Source of the DNA: Chiloscyllium plagiosum
Lineage: Eukaryota
Assembly (NCBI RefSeq): GCF_004010195.1
Contig: NC_057745.1
Location: 6,503,142 to 6,567,141, forward strand
Reading direction: 5' to 3'
Length of the DNA stretch: 64,000 nucleotides
Below are positions 63,400 through 64,000 of this stretch, in pieces; positions within the stretch are counted from its first letter, which is position 1, and each line of letters begins with the position of its first letter. A program made the translations under genes and the position numbers. The notes under the pieces were generated by a model, which made no database searches, had not been told where the DNA came from, and was given only the letters and a program-made list of their open reading frames with translations.

Positions 63400-63912
63400 G
63401 TAGATTTAGAGATGAGACGTCAGCTACATTGATGGCCACTGGTTTACTGGTCTAATACCTGGAAATGGGAGCTTGTCTAATCAGGAAAGGCTGAATAGGT
63501 TAGACTTGTATCTGCTGGAATTTAGAAGAGTAGAAGGCAACTTCTTTGAAACGTACAAGATTCCCAACAGGGGTGGATGTGAACAGGATATTCCCCTGTG
63601 GGAGAATCAAAAGCTAGAGGGCACTGTTTTAACATAAGAGGCTGTCAATTTCAGACATAGAAGGAAAGATAGTTTTCCTCACAGAGGGCCCCGAGGTGGG
63701 CAACACTCTCCATCAATAGACAGTGGAAACCCAGTCCTTGAGTATTTTTAAGACAGAAGTAGGTAGCCTCTTAATAGGGAAGGGGGTGACATGTTAGCAG
63801 GGGTAGGCAGGAACGTGGAGAAATCACAGCACCCATGAGAGGTCTGGTTGAAAGACAAAACAAGTTCAATGGGCTGAGTGGTCTAATTCTGTTCAGAATT
63901 TGTATTCTTATA
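63400..63912 (+). mobile_element. Old degenerate CR1 3' region
   Basis: ggctgaatagg-tagacttgtat-ctggaatttagaaga motif and gggctgagtggtcta tail. Confidence 0.6.
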
Positions 63913-64000
63913 CGTCAGATATGAATGTACAACTCATGATCACAAGGACAATAGATACAGGTGAAGATAAAGAGAAGGATCCACTCCTTCATCCTGATGA

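Noticed and set aside
63994-64000. CTGATGA at the window edge as a hammerhead or snoRNA box
   Set aside because: Truncated by the window, with no supporting context visible.

Overview
Eukaryotic, repeat-rich, CpG-depleted genomic DNA. The HE1-type SINEs with (AATCT)n tails and the HER1/CR1-type LINEs indicate a shark or other elasmobranch; this taxon call is inferred from repeats only. The window lies inside one large minus-strand gene, an Lbc-family RhoGEF, best read as AKAP13. I reconstructed six exons with canonical AG/GT sites and compatible phases: 62858-63053, 61828-61906, 52773-52892, 46340-46376, 43783-43918 and 31509-31659. They encode the region ...SLVSLTEEE...KSISL...RISFSLSISPLLPK...TKVSRTFSYLKNKMSS...KKTVNGH and the first half of the C1 zinc finger. 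The rest is intron filled with 5'-truncated CR1 LINEs, several SINE families, Tigger/pogo-like MITEs, solo-LTR-like sequences and Penelope-derived palindromes carrying minimal hammerhead ribozyme cores. Most interesting: (1) a 4-kb head-to-tail array (SINE-E1-SINE-E2-SINE) at one site inside an LTR-like sequence, with the homologous site of a second LTR copy also triplicated, suggesting target-specific retroposition into an LTR family; (2) a candidate internal promoter and first exon with CArG/TATA, ETS and CRE-like motifs upstream of the C1 exon; (3) an intact-looking minimal hammerhead. Repeat boundaries are by eye and approximate. No database searches were run.
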